Source of the DNA: Schmidtea polychroa
Taxonomy: Eukaryota
Length of the DNA stretch: 64,000 nt
Direction: 5' to 3'
Assembly (NCBI GenBank): GCA_044892525.1
Contig: CM097885.1
Coordinates: forward strand, 237,090,001-237,154,000
Shown here: positions 33,374 through 45,900 of the stretch, piece after piece
How positions within the stretch are numbered: position 1 is the first letter of the stretch
How the letters are laid out: each line of letters starts with the position of its first letter
Made by a program: the position numbers and the translations under genes
Notes under the pieces: generated by a model
The model's database searches: none
Seen by the model: the letters and a program-made list of their open reading frames with translations, nothing else
What the model was told of the DNA's origin: nothing

Positions 33374-35253
33374 AAATATTATATTACTGAAAAACTTAAT
33401 CGGTTCTTGACATGGTTTGAAAAATAAATAATTTTCTGTATTTTTTTATATCAATATTTATATTAGACCTTTTATAAGAGATTAAACCTATATGATTTCT
33501 TTATTATTGAGTATCAAAAAAACCTGACATCTTTATTCCTTATAAGTTTTTGATAATTTAAAAATCAGTTTTATAAAAAGCATAAAATTAGTTTTCAATG
33601 GTAAATTCCTCCTTAAATTCGACCAATAACATCTGATAAAGACCATGCAGAATTTTCTGGTTATACTTAGAATTTCTGTAATCTATACTCTCATACAAAA
33701 AAACAACATATACCCAAAGACACTCAATATATAGACACTCATAATGTTGGGGATATCTTAGAAAAAATAATAATAACAATAAAAGTTATAAAAAATAAAA
33801 TATTATTTAAATCATTTTTTGTTTAGTGGTTTCCTAAATTATTAACGCTCATTGTTAAAAATTCAAAAATTTATTTATGAAAAATACTCAATATCATGAC
33901 AAATTAATTAACCATTTTAAAAAATCTATTCAAAGGCTGGTTAATTTTATTTTGGATTTGCATATATACTTTAAAGTCTAATAAATTTAAATTTAATTTA
34001 TACTCTTAATAAAAACTTTAATAATTTGTACTTTTTTATCTAAGTTTTCTCAATAATTTAGTAGTTTGGTAATTAGGTGTTAATTATTTGTTAGTAATCA
34101 ATTCAAAGAAAGTTAGCATATCTTTTGTGAATAAAAATTTGAATTTATTTCTTTCTATACTTAATTTTTATGTCTTTCATTGTAACTTTTAAATAGTTTT
34201 GTCAATATCTGTCACTTTTATTAGAAATTGTATCATTTTTAATTATTTTACATAATATTATAATATTTTTAAGTGGCTGAATAGACAACTTTATATAATT
34301 GTTCTCTCATTTAATGTTTTTTTTCAAAGAAAACTTAGAACTGTTGTTAAATTTAGACTATACATTGACTTAATAAGACAAAACTTTCCAGATTATCTAT
34401 AAAATTTTATTTAAAATTGTATTTGATTTCTAGCGTATCTAAATTATTAAAATTGATTAAAAACATTATTTGATAAATTACACTGATGAAATAAATTTTG
34501 TATTACTTAGCGAATCGAGCTAATTGTTTAGTGTATAGAGTAGGTTACTAAATAAGTGGAGGTAGTTAGTTACCTAGTGTATTGAGTTGGTTGCTAGATT
34601 TGTGGTAGTTGAATTATATTGGTCACCATTGTTACAATCACAAACAAACTTATCTTAGTTATAATGGTTTGACTTCCGACAGACGTAAACTCAAATCAGA
34701 ATATTGTTTACCCAGGCGGCCCCTTTTACAAATGACGTCAGTAATGAGTAGCCTAGGCGAAACATAAAACCTTGCTAAGTCCATTGAAATAAACTAGGTT
34801 TTATTAACAGTTTTTTCCGAATAATTTTTCATTTACATTTTAACGAAATTTATCATTGGGTTTTTTTAAGATTTCATTAATTCCCGAAGTCCTGAGTCAC
34901 TTTGAGTTTTTTCCCAAAAGTCGTATTATTTATTATTGTTTGCAAAAATTTATTTCATTATTTCTGAACGATTCTGACTTACCAGTTTATTTTAAAAAAT
35001 ATTACTTTAATTTGTTGTTGAAACATTCTATATCCATATATGCCGGAATCCCTTTTGCTTACATGAAATAGTGAGACATCAATTCCCAGCACAAAAATGC
35101 CTGAGACCCATAACAGCTTGTCACATTAACTTAGTCCCTATGACTCACTACTCCATTGTTTTTAGTGAGATCAAAACCTAGTCAAAAATGTTTAAAATTA
35201 CAGTACCCTTCACTACAATGCTTTCTTCACATCGACTTCACCCAGTCGAACGC

Positions 35254-35317
35254 TAGGGTTGTCACCTTTCCGAGTTATTTTCTCCAGACGAGACGCAAAT
35301 CTGAGGTGGCAACCCTA
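35254..35317. mobile_element. 64-bp hAT MITE
   Basis: TIR tagggttgtcacct / aggtggcaacccta; TSD tcgaacgc/tcgaacac. Confidence 0.85.
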
Positions 35318-35620
35318 TCGAACACCCTCTTAGCAAGCCAAAATAGTTTAAAACAATCCGTGATCACAATTCCAAAATCCCTGAGATCAGAATATACCTT
35401 ACTATAATGTAATCTTCAGAGAGGAACAACCCGGCGAACCTTTGGTACATTTAGAAAAAAAGCCCGAGACTAAAATAGTCATCACCATAGTACGAGATTC
35501 TCATTGACGTAACTCGTATACACTAGTGCAACAAAAAAATAATTAGATATAACATAATCCCGATTAATCTGGATTAATCAATAAGCTCACCGAGTCACAC
35601 CTCAATGTATAAATAGAATA

Positions 35621-35771
35621 CCGTATTTTCCCGTATATATCCCACATACGCAGATAACCCGCACCCTCAGAAACCCCGTGGGTTTAGAAGTTTTGTGTAT
35701 AACCCTCACCCCTCCCTTACGTGATTAGTAAAATTCGGTATAACCCACGGGTTATATGCGGGGAAATACGA
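35621..35771. mobile_element. Tc1/pogo-type MITE
   Basis: TA-flanked imperfect TIR ccgtattttcccgtatata / tatatgcggggaaatacga. Confidence 0.7.
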
Positions 35772-36593
35772 TAAATATAAAAATTACACTCGTTACCTGA
35801 ATTTAATAAATAATAAATAGCTTTCGAACATAAACTAAAAAATAATATTTTTTAAAATTTGTATTTGTTACAGTTTCAATTATCCAGATCCTGCTCTAGA
35901 TTGTTTATTGTAAAATGAAAATAAAAAGTCAAGGTAAATAATTATTTTTAAATATCAAATTAACAGAGAACACAGGTAGCAAAAAATAATTCCCCACAAC
36001 TTCATATACTATCACTCGGCTGAGGTACTCCAAATTTGGCAATATGGGCCTCGCGCTTTGCATGACGTAAGCACTTGATAGAGAGGAGAGCCTTAAAATT
36101 AGCAATTATACAAAAATATTATTTACTTCATTATGGACATAAGAATCGCATTCATAACACCAGCTGCTTAAGTCCACAAAACTGAGAACAATCGCATGTC
36201 CGGTATTTTGGAAATGTTGCATCATATGGCCTTGAACAAAACGTCCACAGAAAACCTAACAACACTAACATGAATATTTATAAATTACGCGAAATTAACC
36301 TGATAGCAAATAAGGCATAGCCAATTTTCACGAGTTGATGGGCAAAAACTACATGGAGCATTTACATCTATTTCATTAGCAGATGGAGACTGCTGGACTT
36401 GGTTTAAATGCTCACACCATGGTAATGGCTGTACTGCATAAACTCGTTCAGGTAGCGGATCGTTGGTTGTCTATAAAATGTTTGCGCATTTTTGAACAAA
36501 TATCAGTGAGAATGTAATTTAATTAAAAGTCAAATATTAAATGAATCTATGTTGTGGATGTGCTATTCAAATTTCTTATGCGCCTACATTACT

Positions 36594-36719
36594 CCAGATG
36601 CGTAGCTAGGGGGATTCATTGTATTCAGTATGGAAAAGGAAATATTTGAAAAAATAGACTTTGATGCTATTGTTAACAAATTTGCGGGAATGAAGGCGAG
36701 AAAAATCAATTTAGCATGA
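36594..36719 (+). mobile_element. hAT transposase C-terminal remnant
   Basis: SMEKEIFEKIDFDAIVNKFAGMKARKINLA* is a typical hAT dimerisation-domain end; it follows a cag..gcgtagctagggg terminus-like motif. Confidence 0.6.
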
Positions 36720-36787
36720 TGAATTTTTGGAATGAGCGCATTGGGTAGCGGTTGACATAGACTAACATTTTTGTTGTTGTTTTAGCA

Positions 36788-37900
36788 ACCAGTAGATACA
36801 GCGGGGAAAATAAGCGTGATTAATGAAAGTTTTCTACAAAAATTTGGAATTCGTGGTTTCGAAGAATATTATATTAAATTAAGGTGTATAATATTTTTGA
36901 CCGGTTTGCACCGCCTGGTTTCCATTGGTTATGGTGATAGCAATGGAACCTGAAAATATTTGTGTATTTTGTGAAAACCTATATTTTTATGAAAAGAAAT
37001 TTTTAATTAAATTAAAAATTATTAAAAGAAAATTAACTAACTAAAAATAGAGTTTGTTTAAATATTCATGTATTAGATGGAAATAAATTTGTAAAGTTTG
37101 ATTTGAAAAGCTAAAATAAAAAGTTTTGTTGTAATTTGAAAATTTGTGAAATCTTCCAATTAATTCGTTATTTGGATATTATATTATAATTATTTAACAA
37201 TCGTTAAAATTGGTATCATCAAGTTTCAAGTTCTTTAAAATCAAGCCAAATTCTCTTCCAAATTTAAATTTAAAATAACGTTCTAGAGTCTTGAAAGCTT
37301 GGAAGATGTGGAATGGAAGTTAATTTATGTCAGCAGTGCTTATAATGCAGATCTAGATCAAGTCTTTGATTCAGTATTAGTTAGACCAATTCTCGTTGGT
37401 CGACATGATTTTGTTCTGGATATTAATGCTCTGAATCCAGCAAAATTCCCTGTTGATAATAGCGTCATTCGAACCGGTTATTTCGTCCGCTTGGAAGAAT
37501 TAAAAGAAGACAACCGAATTATTTTCAGTTCGTATATGGATTTCAGTTTCTCAAATTCTTCATTTTTCATTCACTGGTGATTCAAATTTTACAACGTCTT
37601 CAGAATCTCTAGTGACTACAAATGGAAAACATTTAAACCAAAAGAATCTTATTTTTCTCTAAACCAGTAGATACAGTGGCAAAAATAGGTGTGATTAATG
37701 AAAGCTTGGAATTCGTGGTTTCTAAAAATATTATATTAAATTAAGGTGTGCAAATGCATCTCTCGTATTTAAATATTTGGCAAAATTAGCGTAGAAGTTG
37801 AAATTATTGGAATATTGTAAAGAATAGTTGTTGAATTTTCGTAGCTAACGAGATAACTCCGAAAATTATTGGAGGCATGATTGGTATCGATACGTCCAAA
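36788..37900 (+). mobile_element. Two direct copies of a Gypsy aspartic-protease remnant
   Basis: About 90-bp direct repeat at 36788 and 37663 translating VDTAGKISVINES / VDTVAKIGVINES. The second copy continues to EITPKIIGG..GIDT, like the protease end at about 14480. Confidence 0.7.
37203..37510 (+). pseudogene. ASF1: Histone chaperone ASF1 pseudogene, no intron visible
   Basis: VL*NQAKFSSKFKFKITF*SLESLEDVEWKLIYVSSAYNADLDQVFDSVLVRPILVGRHDFVLDINALNPAKFP..IRTGYFV. Two stops and an internal deletion. Confidence 0.9.
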
Positions 37901-38692
37901 ATGAAATTGAAAAATATTGCATTAGTAAAAAGTTTAGATGTGAATTAAAGTAATCAAGTGAAAGATAAAAATATTAAAAATTGTTGGATAGATATGTTTG
38001 CAGTTTTATGAAACATAAATAAGATGTAAGAAAAGCGAATTAATTAACCCATGAGATTTGGCATAATAAAATAATGTAATTCCCCGTGTAATACACCGCT
38101 AGTTTATGTGGAAAAGAAAGATAAAAATAACTTAAGAATATGTCAAAATTTTTCGGCACTGAATAATGAAATAAATTGGGGTGAGTACAAAGCTTTATGA
38201 AGTAATATTGAAGGGGGCTTAAATTTTTGAGGTGTGAGGTGGTCAAAATGGTTTAAAATTGCATGACGTCATTAATGCAGAGCCCTTAATGAATATTCCC
38301 TATGGGTTGTTTGTATTTGGTACAATCAATATAATAAATATAAATATTTATAAAGAATTAGCATTTTCACTCTAACCTTGGTCCCTTTTTAGTTGGTCGA
38401 ATTGGTATTGACTATGAATCAGTAAATAATGTATTTACTGATCCATAACCAAACTTTTTAATAAATACAATATATCAAATTAATAAACGATACATGGCAG
38501 TATAATCAATATTATTGAGTATAGTATAAAATAAAATTCGGGATATTTCTATACAGCTTACTTTTTTAAACTTTAGACTAAAAATTTGAACCACGTGCGC
38601 ATGTATTACTCGATGACATACAAAATTATTACCAAATTAGAAGTGATTAAACCACTTTTTCAAATATTCAAAAAAAATTATTCAAATATAAT

Positions 38693-39090
38693 CAGCGTTT
38701 TGAACCCTGTAAATTCTTGGTTCGGGTTCGGGTTCAATACATCAAAATTTAGTAGGTTCGGTTCAGGTGTAGAAAAAAAACAATTTTTTAAAAATAAATA
38801 AAATAAAATGTTTTTTTTATTTATTTGATAAAAATATTTCATTCAAACGTACAAAGAGAATATTTTTTAAAGATTCTGCAGAGAGATGCACTCTTTGTGA
38901 AGCTAAAACAAAGTTAAGTGCACAATTTTACACAATCTGTATTTATTATCTATATAGATAATAATGGGGATTAAAAATTGAACCTGAACCGAATTTTTGG
39001 TTGGGTTCAGGTTCGGGTCCACAATATTTAAGAAAAATATTGAACAAGGGCTAGTTCAAGGTTCGGGTTCTATTTGGGTTCGAAACCCTG
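38693..39090. mobile_element. hAT MITE
   Basis: TIR cagcgttttgaaccc / gggttcgaaaccctg, subterminal ggttcg repeats, TSD aatataat/aataaaat. Confidence 0.8.
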
Positions 39091-39099
39091 AATAAAATA

Positions 39100-39790
39100 A
39101 ATAAAAAAAATTATTCAAAAAAAAATAATTCAAATAAAATTAAAATTATTCAAAAAATAATTATTCTAAACAAATTATTCAAATATAATTAAAATTATTC
39201 ATATAAAATTAATTTAAAAAAATATTCAAAATATAAAATTAATTAAAAAATTATTCTAAATAAATTATTCAAATAAAATTATTCAAATAAAATTATTCAA
39301 TAAAAATTATTCATATAAAATTAATTTAAAAAAATATTCAAAATATAAAATTAATTAAAAAATTATTCTAAATAAATTATTCAAATTAAATTATTCAAAT
39401 AAAATTATTCAAATAAAATTATTCAAATAAAATTAATTAAAAAAATTATTCAAAAAGAAATGGTTCAAATAAAATTAATTTCAAAAAATATTCAAAATAA
39501 TTTCAAAAATATTCAAAATTAATTAAAAAAATTATTCTAAATAAATGATTCGAATCAAATTAATTAAAAAAATTATTCAAATAAAATTAAAATTATTCAT
39601 ATAAAATTAATTTAAAAAAATATTCAAAATAAAAAATTAATTAAAAAAATTATTCAAATAAAATTAAAATTATTCATATAAAATTAATTTAAAAAAATAT
39701 TCAAAAAAATTAATTAAAAAAATTATTCAAATAAAATTAATTTAAAAAAATTATTCTAAATAAATTATTCAAATAAAATTATTCAAATAA
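39100..39790. repeat. AT-rich minisatellite (about 14-bp aaattattcaaata unit)
   Basis: Direct observation. Confidence 0.9.
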
Positions 39791-40043
39791 CTTAGTAAAC
39801 CATTTCTGCAATGTTTATTTAATGAATGAAATATTTCCTGTTCACTTGAATACGAAATTTAACTTTCCACTCTCTCATTACCACTCTTTTTCTTTAATTG
39901 AATCTCTTTTTTCTTGTTTTTTAATCAATGTGTCAAAATATATAAATTTCCAAATAAACTTAATATACTTTTAAAAATAAAACCTGTAAAAAATTTAATT
40001 TTCTAATATCAAAACTGTTTATAAATGTATTTTAAATGATCAA

Positions 40044-42948
40044 TTATAAGCTTACCAATCCTAGAAAGTGGTGAATGTCAGTATTACTAACACCGCTCAA
40101 ATTCATAATGTCTTGCAATACCAATCCAACAGAATTGCCTTCATTAATAACACGAGAAACATTAGCACTGACAGGAGTGGCTCCACTGGATTGATCAACA
40201 GACAGGAAATTGGCCGAGATATTTGGATTGGTATGAGTAGTGTTATTTATGGATGTTGCTGCAGTTAAATCAACAGCATTATCAGACGATGTAGGAGGTA
40301 AATGGATTATTGGATTATTGGAATTAGGTTCTGTGATAAAAATATCGTTTCTTGGTTGTGATAAAGTTTCTTCAATCGATTGCTCGGTTTGGAAAGTCAC
40401 TTCCACAACTTCAAATGTTAAATATGCATCCTAATGTTTATAATATATACTTCCTAATTGACGTACAGATTCTGTCAATGTATTAGTATCGATTTGAACA
40501 TTATTGTCAGGCGCAATTGGGTTGATGCGAGCAGCACTACTTTCTATGTACGTCACTCCCAATGGTTCTAAATAGCATCGTGTCAAATAAAAATACGAAT
40601 TTACTAATAAACCATAAAATTTAAGACATTTCCAATACGGTTTTTGAAATTCCATCGTTTTACGTATGGCATCAATTCCACTAAAAATTGTCCATAAATA
40701 GTCAAGACATGAGTAAATACCTTTTATTTATAGGAAAGTTATTGATTTGATTAGTTGGGTATCCCAACAAAGAACTCACGCAGTGTGACATACAATCAGA
40801 AATGACATTAAGATTGTATCCACCTTCTAGAGCCAAAATAACTTTTCCATTGGCTAAAGACGTCAGCATATGAGTCATGTTGCCAAAGCATTCAGGTGTT
40901 ACAGTTAATCCGCCCTTAATTGTTCGTAAATTGAAGTAAAGTATCTTTAAATAATTTAAATATAGTTAATAACTATTTTCACTAAAATCGTTTTTCAACT
41001 TTGATTTGTTTTTTATTTTTGAATTTCATTTAGATTTCAAATATAAATCATCTTCTTGGTCACGAAAAATGGGGTAATCAAATTAGATAATCTTATCCCT
41101 GATCATGTTCGGTAATGTTGTTTTCCAATTAAATTGATTAGTGAATTTCAATTAATTGATTTCCAATAATTTTCCGATAAATCTCAATTGATTTAAAATT
41201 TTAATATTCGTGTTTCTCTTTTTAGTTGCTATCTAATAATACCTGATTCTTCAATTTTTCAGATTTTCAATTAATATTTTGAAATTTCGTTTTAATTTGT
41301 TTTGCACACAAATTTAACATTTATTTCGAGAAAATTTATGCTATTTCAAAACTCACATCTATCTACAATTATAAATTCACAATTTTTTCATTGACAGGAA
41401 ATGTGGTAGCAAGAAACGATTTTCCACAGTGAATAAGTTATTAGACTTGTTTAGGAAAATTTTTCCGCAAAAATTAGAAATATTTGGCTATTAATTGTTG
41501 CGTAATAATTTATAATTAAAAATTGTTTTAACTCACTTTATTTTGCAACATTTTCGAAAATAAAATTCATAAATTACTTCAAATGTTTACAAATTAATAA
41601 TAAAATATAAATAATAACTTAATTTAAATAATAAAATATAAATTAAATTAAAGTAATATTTAAGAACTTGATTTCACTTCTTATATATTTATAAAATCAT
41701 ATAAAATCACAAACTTTTAGCAGCTATATAAAAAATGGATATCCACGGGTAAATCTGTTTTTCAATAATATAAACTAATTGATCTTTTAAATATAATAGA
41801 TGACATTATTCTATGAAACAAGGTGCCTATTATAAGATTTATTCAGTGTAACTTAATGATTGAAATTTGGTAGATATGATAGGCATTAAGACAAAAACGT
41901 TAATAGATTTTTATAAACATTCCTAGATACTGGGAAGCTTCTTCGTGTGATCTTTTTGCTTCAATAGCACTGCCATTCACTTTGCCGTACATGAAATGAA
42001 TGTCTGTCATTTCAAAATTTAAATAATACTACCACTTTAGTGGTGAATTATATAATAGATGAAATTATAGAATTAAAGTAATATTTAAGAGCTTGAATAT
42101 CTTTATAAAATCCAAATATAAACCTTTCAAAATTTTAGCAGCTATCTAAAAATTGGATATCCGTGTGATTTATGAGTTTATGTCGCGTCTGTGTGCGTTT
42201 TCTTTTTGCTTTTGACAATGGTTTTTTGTATGCGCACACAGACGCGATCAGAGTAATTTTAAAGATTTATTATTTTAGTTGGGATTTTGGAGTTGTTATG
42301 AAGTTTGAATTTGTCAAGTTGTTTTAAAGATTGGGAGTTTCTGGAAGTGTTTTTGAAAATAAATTTTTGTAAATTTCTTTAATGGCTACGATTAATACAG
42401 ATAATTACTATTGTCATAAATGCAGCAGGGACGTTCACATATCTCAGGATGGTAAATGTCTGACGTGCAATGATGGATTTATTGAAAGAATTGAATCTGA
42501 TAACTCAATGGAAAGTGATGATGATGCCTTGAATGTTTTTCATATTATTCGTCATATTCCTGTTGGAAGAACTACAAACGAAACTGATGGTTCTTTTTTT
42601 ATTACTCCAAGAGATTCTGATAACAGAAATAGTGTTTTTGGTAACTAATATCAAATTTATTTGGTGGATTGCTACCTCTAGATTTTAGATCAGACTCGTC
42701 AGATTACATATTTTCAGATCAAAGTTTCGACAATTTTGTAACGTGAATTATGAATCAATTTTAACAGAGTGGTCCTCCGCCAGCAAATGAGGCAGATATT
42801 GAGAAATTACAAGTCAAGAAAATCACCGAAATTAATGATACAGGTTCCATTTGTCTGTCAGATTATGAGGTGGCCGATGAAGTGTACGAGTTGCCCTGTC
42901 AGCATAGAAACCAACCTTGTTCAGTGTCTAAAAACGTGGTTAATTAAA

Positions 42949-42988
<40 letters not shown>

Positions 42989-45900
42989 CAATGTAAAAAA
43001 TAAAGAAAATATGAAGATATTTTAGCTGGGGCTATTCATGTGACCTAGACATATAGTTATATACAAAAAAAAACCTTGAGTCTATGAAAATTATTAAAAT
43101 ATCCTTACGAGGGGATCTCCACGAGCTGCATCGAAACCAGCAGAGACAATTACCAAATCTGGATTGAATTCATGGGCAATAGGCATAACAATGTGAATAA
43201 ACGCAGAAATATATTCTGAATCTCTCACTGGTCTCTAAAGAGTAATAAGATAAGAGCAATTTAGTCCAGGCGATAGCCTCATACTCGATTCCAAGCAATG
43301 TTTACATTAAATCCTTCAGCACCAACCCCCCCAACTTCAGATGGAGATCCATCGACACTGGAGGGGAAAAATGATCCATTATCATAGCGATGAAGCGATA
43401 TATATAAAACACTGAGAAAAAATTATCAATTAATTAAGAAAAAAAATTCTAGACTTTTTATTCGTCCAAAATTGATGTTGAGTACCGTTACCATGATGGA
43501 CATCCCAATCCACTATTAGAATTCTAACAATAAATATTATGACGAGCATAATACCAAATTTACTTTTTAATTGATTCTGAATATTTAGTTAAAGCATAAT
43601 TTGCGGCAATAGCAACATTGTTAAAAAAGCAAAATCCTAATGGATAATTTACTTCTGCGTGGTGACCAGGAGGTCTTATAATGGCAAAACCGTTTTCCGA
43701 CTAGGATAACAAGAGAGGTTTATTTCAAAATTAAAAATTGTGTATACCCTGTTAGAACAAACTTCATCTATGACATTTAATAAGAGTCCACAAGAAAGCA
43801 AAGCAGAGATGTAACTGTGCTAGATAATTGTAATAACATTGTTTTTTTTAATTCTTAATATTAACTAAATTATTACTTGATTAATATATATTGAATTAAA
43901 TTCCTCTTCGAATTGATGATAAACAGATGGCGATTCCTGGCAAATGATTTCCAAACTGTTTACGTAAATCGGAAGATGAATTAAACCTATTTCGTCTTTT
44001 GATGCAAGCCGAGACTGGATTTTGTAATATTTAAACAGTAAAATATCGAACAAATAAGAAATTGTGTAATAACTTGATTATATATTTTAAAGCAATGAAT
44101 TTTCAACAAATTAAATTTATTTTAAAATGAGTTCAGTGGCTTAAATAATCATTAACTCTTAGCACTATTTTTGTATCAAATACAATGACGGATTTCTTTC
44201 ACCTTAACATTCCTTTCCTGTAGATATAAAACAGTAATTCTTGTTATATTATCTACATCAGGAGTGGCCAACCGGCGGCCCGCATGCTTTAATATTTTGA
44301 AAATATAATAAAAACTTTTTAAAATACGATATAATACAAAAAATGTAATAAATGCAACACAAAGAATATATAGTTAATAATTACAATACAAACTATAAAA
44401 ATTTTTATCAAAAAAACGAAACCTAACCAATAAATTAAAAAGGTAAATTGCATAATTTAATAACTGTGTTACTTTTGTTGATCGTCAATTTACGGTGCAT
44501 ATATCATATTGCTTCCAGATAATTAATAATCGTGCAAACTTTGTTTATTTCATATACAGTGTATTTTAAAATTTAAAACATTTCGAATTAATAGTTAACA
44601 AGCGTGTTAAAATATTAAATATAGAATAATTAAATTAAATAATGACAATTAACGAAAGGAAAAGATTCCGAACAATTGATGCTGAAGGTAGAACTTTCCA
44701 GGAGAGATGGGAACTGGAGTATTTTTTCGTGGAACACTCTGGTAGTGCTTTATGTTTGGTTTGTAGCGACATAATTGCAATCATGAAAGATTATAATCTG
44801 AAACGTCATTATGAAACTCGTCACAATAATAATAATCAGGGCTATCAAGTATAAATAGTGCCAGTTTATCCTGTACCTAAGAAGCATAATTTATTTAACA
44901 TGCACGCAAATGCTTTATTGTTTTTTTAGCGGTTGTCGCAGACCCCACTACGGGCTATTACTGCGCTTCTCCTGTTCCTTAGTTGGAATTAGCACAGAAG
45001 CATTAGTTAAAAATTTACGCCTTTCAAACCTGCGGCCCGCCGCATTATTCAAAAATATTGTAATGGCCCTTTTACCAAAAAGGTTGGCCACCCCTGATCT
45101 ACAGCATCTAATTTCACAAGTAATTATCCAAAGCGCAATTTTTGTAATACAATCAATCATTTGATATGCACCTTTGTGATAGCTTTGTAAAGCACCAGAC
45201 CAAACAGAATTAGAGTTTGAGGTGTAAATATAATATTTCCAAAAAGGAAAACAGCTTGAAACGTTCAAATAAAAAAATTATTTTAGTATAAATTATCGTT
45301 TTTATTCATTTTTTAAAAACATCCTGGAGTTGATGATTTCTTAATAGGAAAAAAATTTTGAAATGAAATAATACAGTTTTAAAAAATTATAAATTGCTTC
45401 ATTGCAAATATTAAATTACACTCAAGATTGATTTCTTTTTTGCAAAATATTAGTATTTTAAAGGTCGGTTGGTTTATTAATTGCGAGAATTTTTTGAGTT
45501 TGTCTGTGTTGAAATTAGGTCAAATGTTAACTGATGCGGTACGTCATTTTTCTAATTATACATTGATTCAATTAAATATTAAACTTTAAATTGCAAATAT
45601 TAAACATCCTGGAGTTGCTGATTTATTAATAGAAAAAAGGTTTTAAAAAATTATAAATGTCTTCATTGCAAATATTAAATTGCACTCAACATTGATTTTT
45701 TTTGCAAAATATTAGTATTTTAAAGATCGGTTGGTTTATTAATTGCGAGAATTTTTTGAGTTTGTCTGTGTTGAAATTAGGTCAAATGTTAACTGATGCG
45801 GTACGTCATTTTTCTAATTATACATTGATTCAATTAAATATTAAACTTTAAATTGCAAATATTAAACATCCTGGAGTTGCTGATTTATTAATAGAAAAAA

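Noticed and set aside
45530..45550. CTGATGCG in the 262-bp repeat as a hammerhead core (retrozyme-like array)
   Set aside because: It is not CUGANGA and no stem II-GAAA follows.
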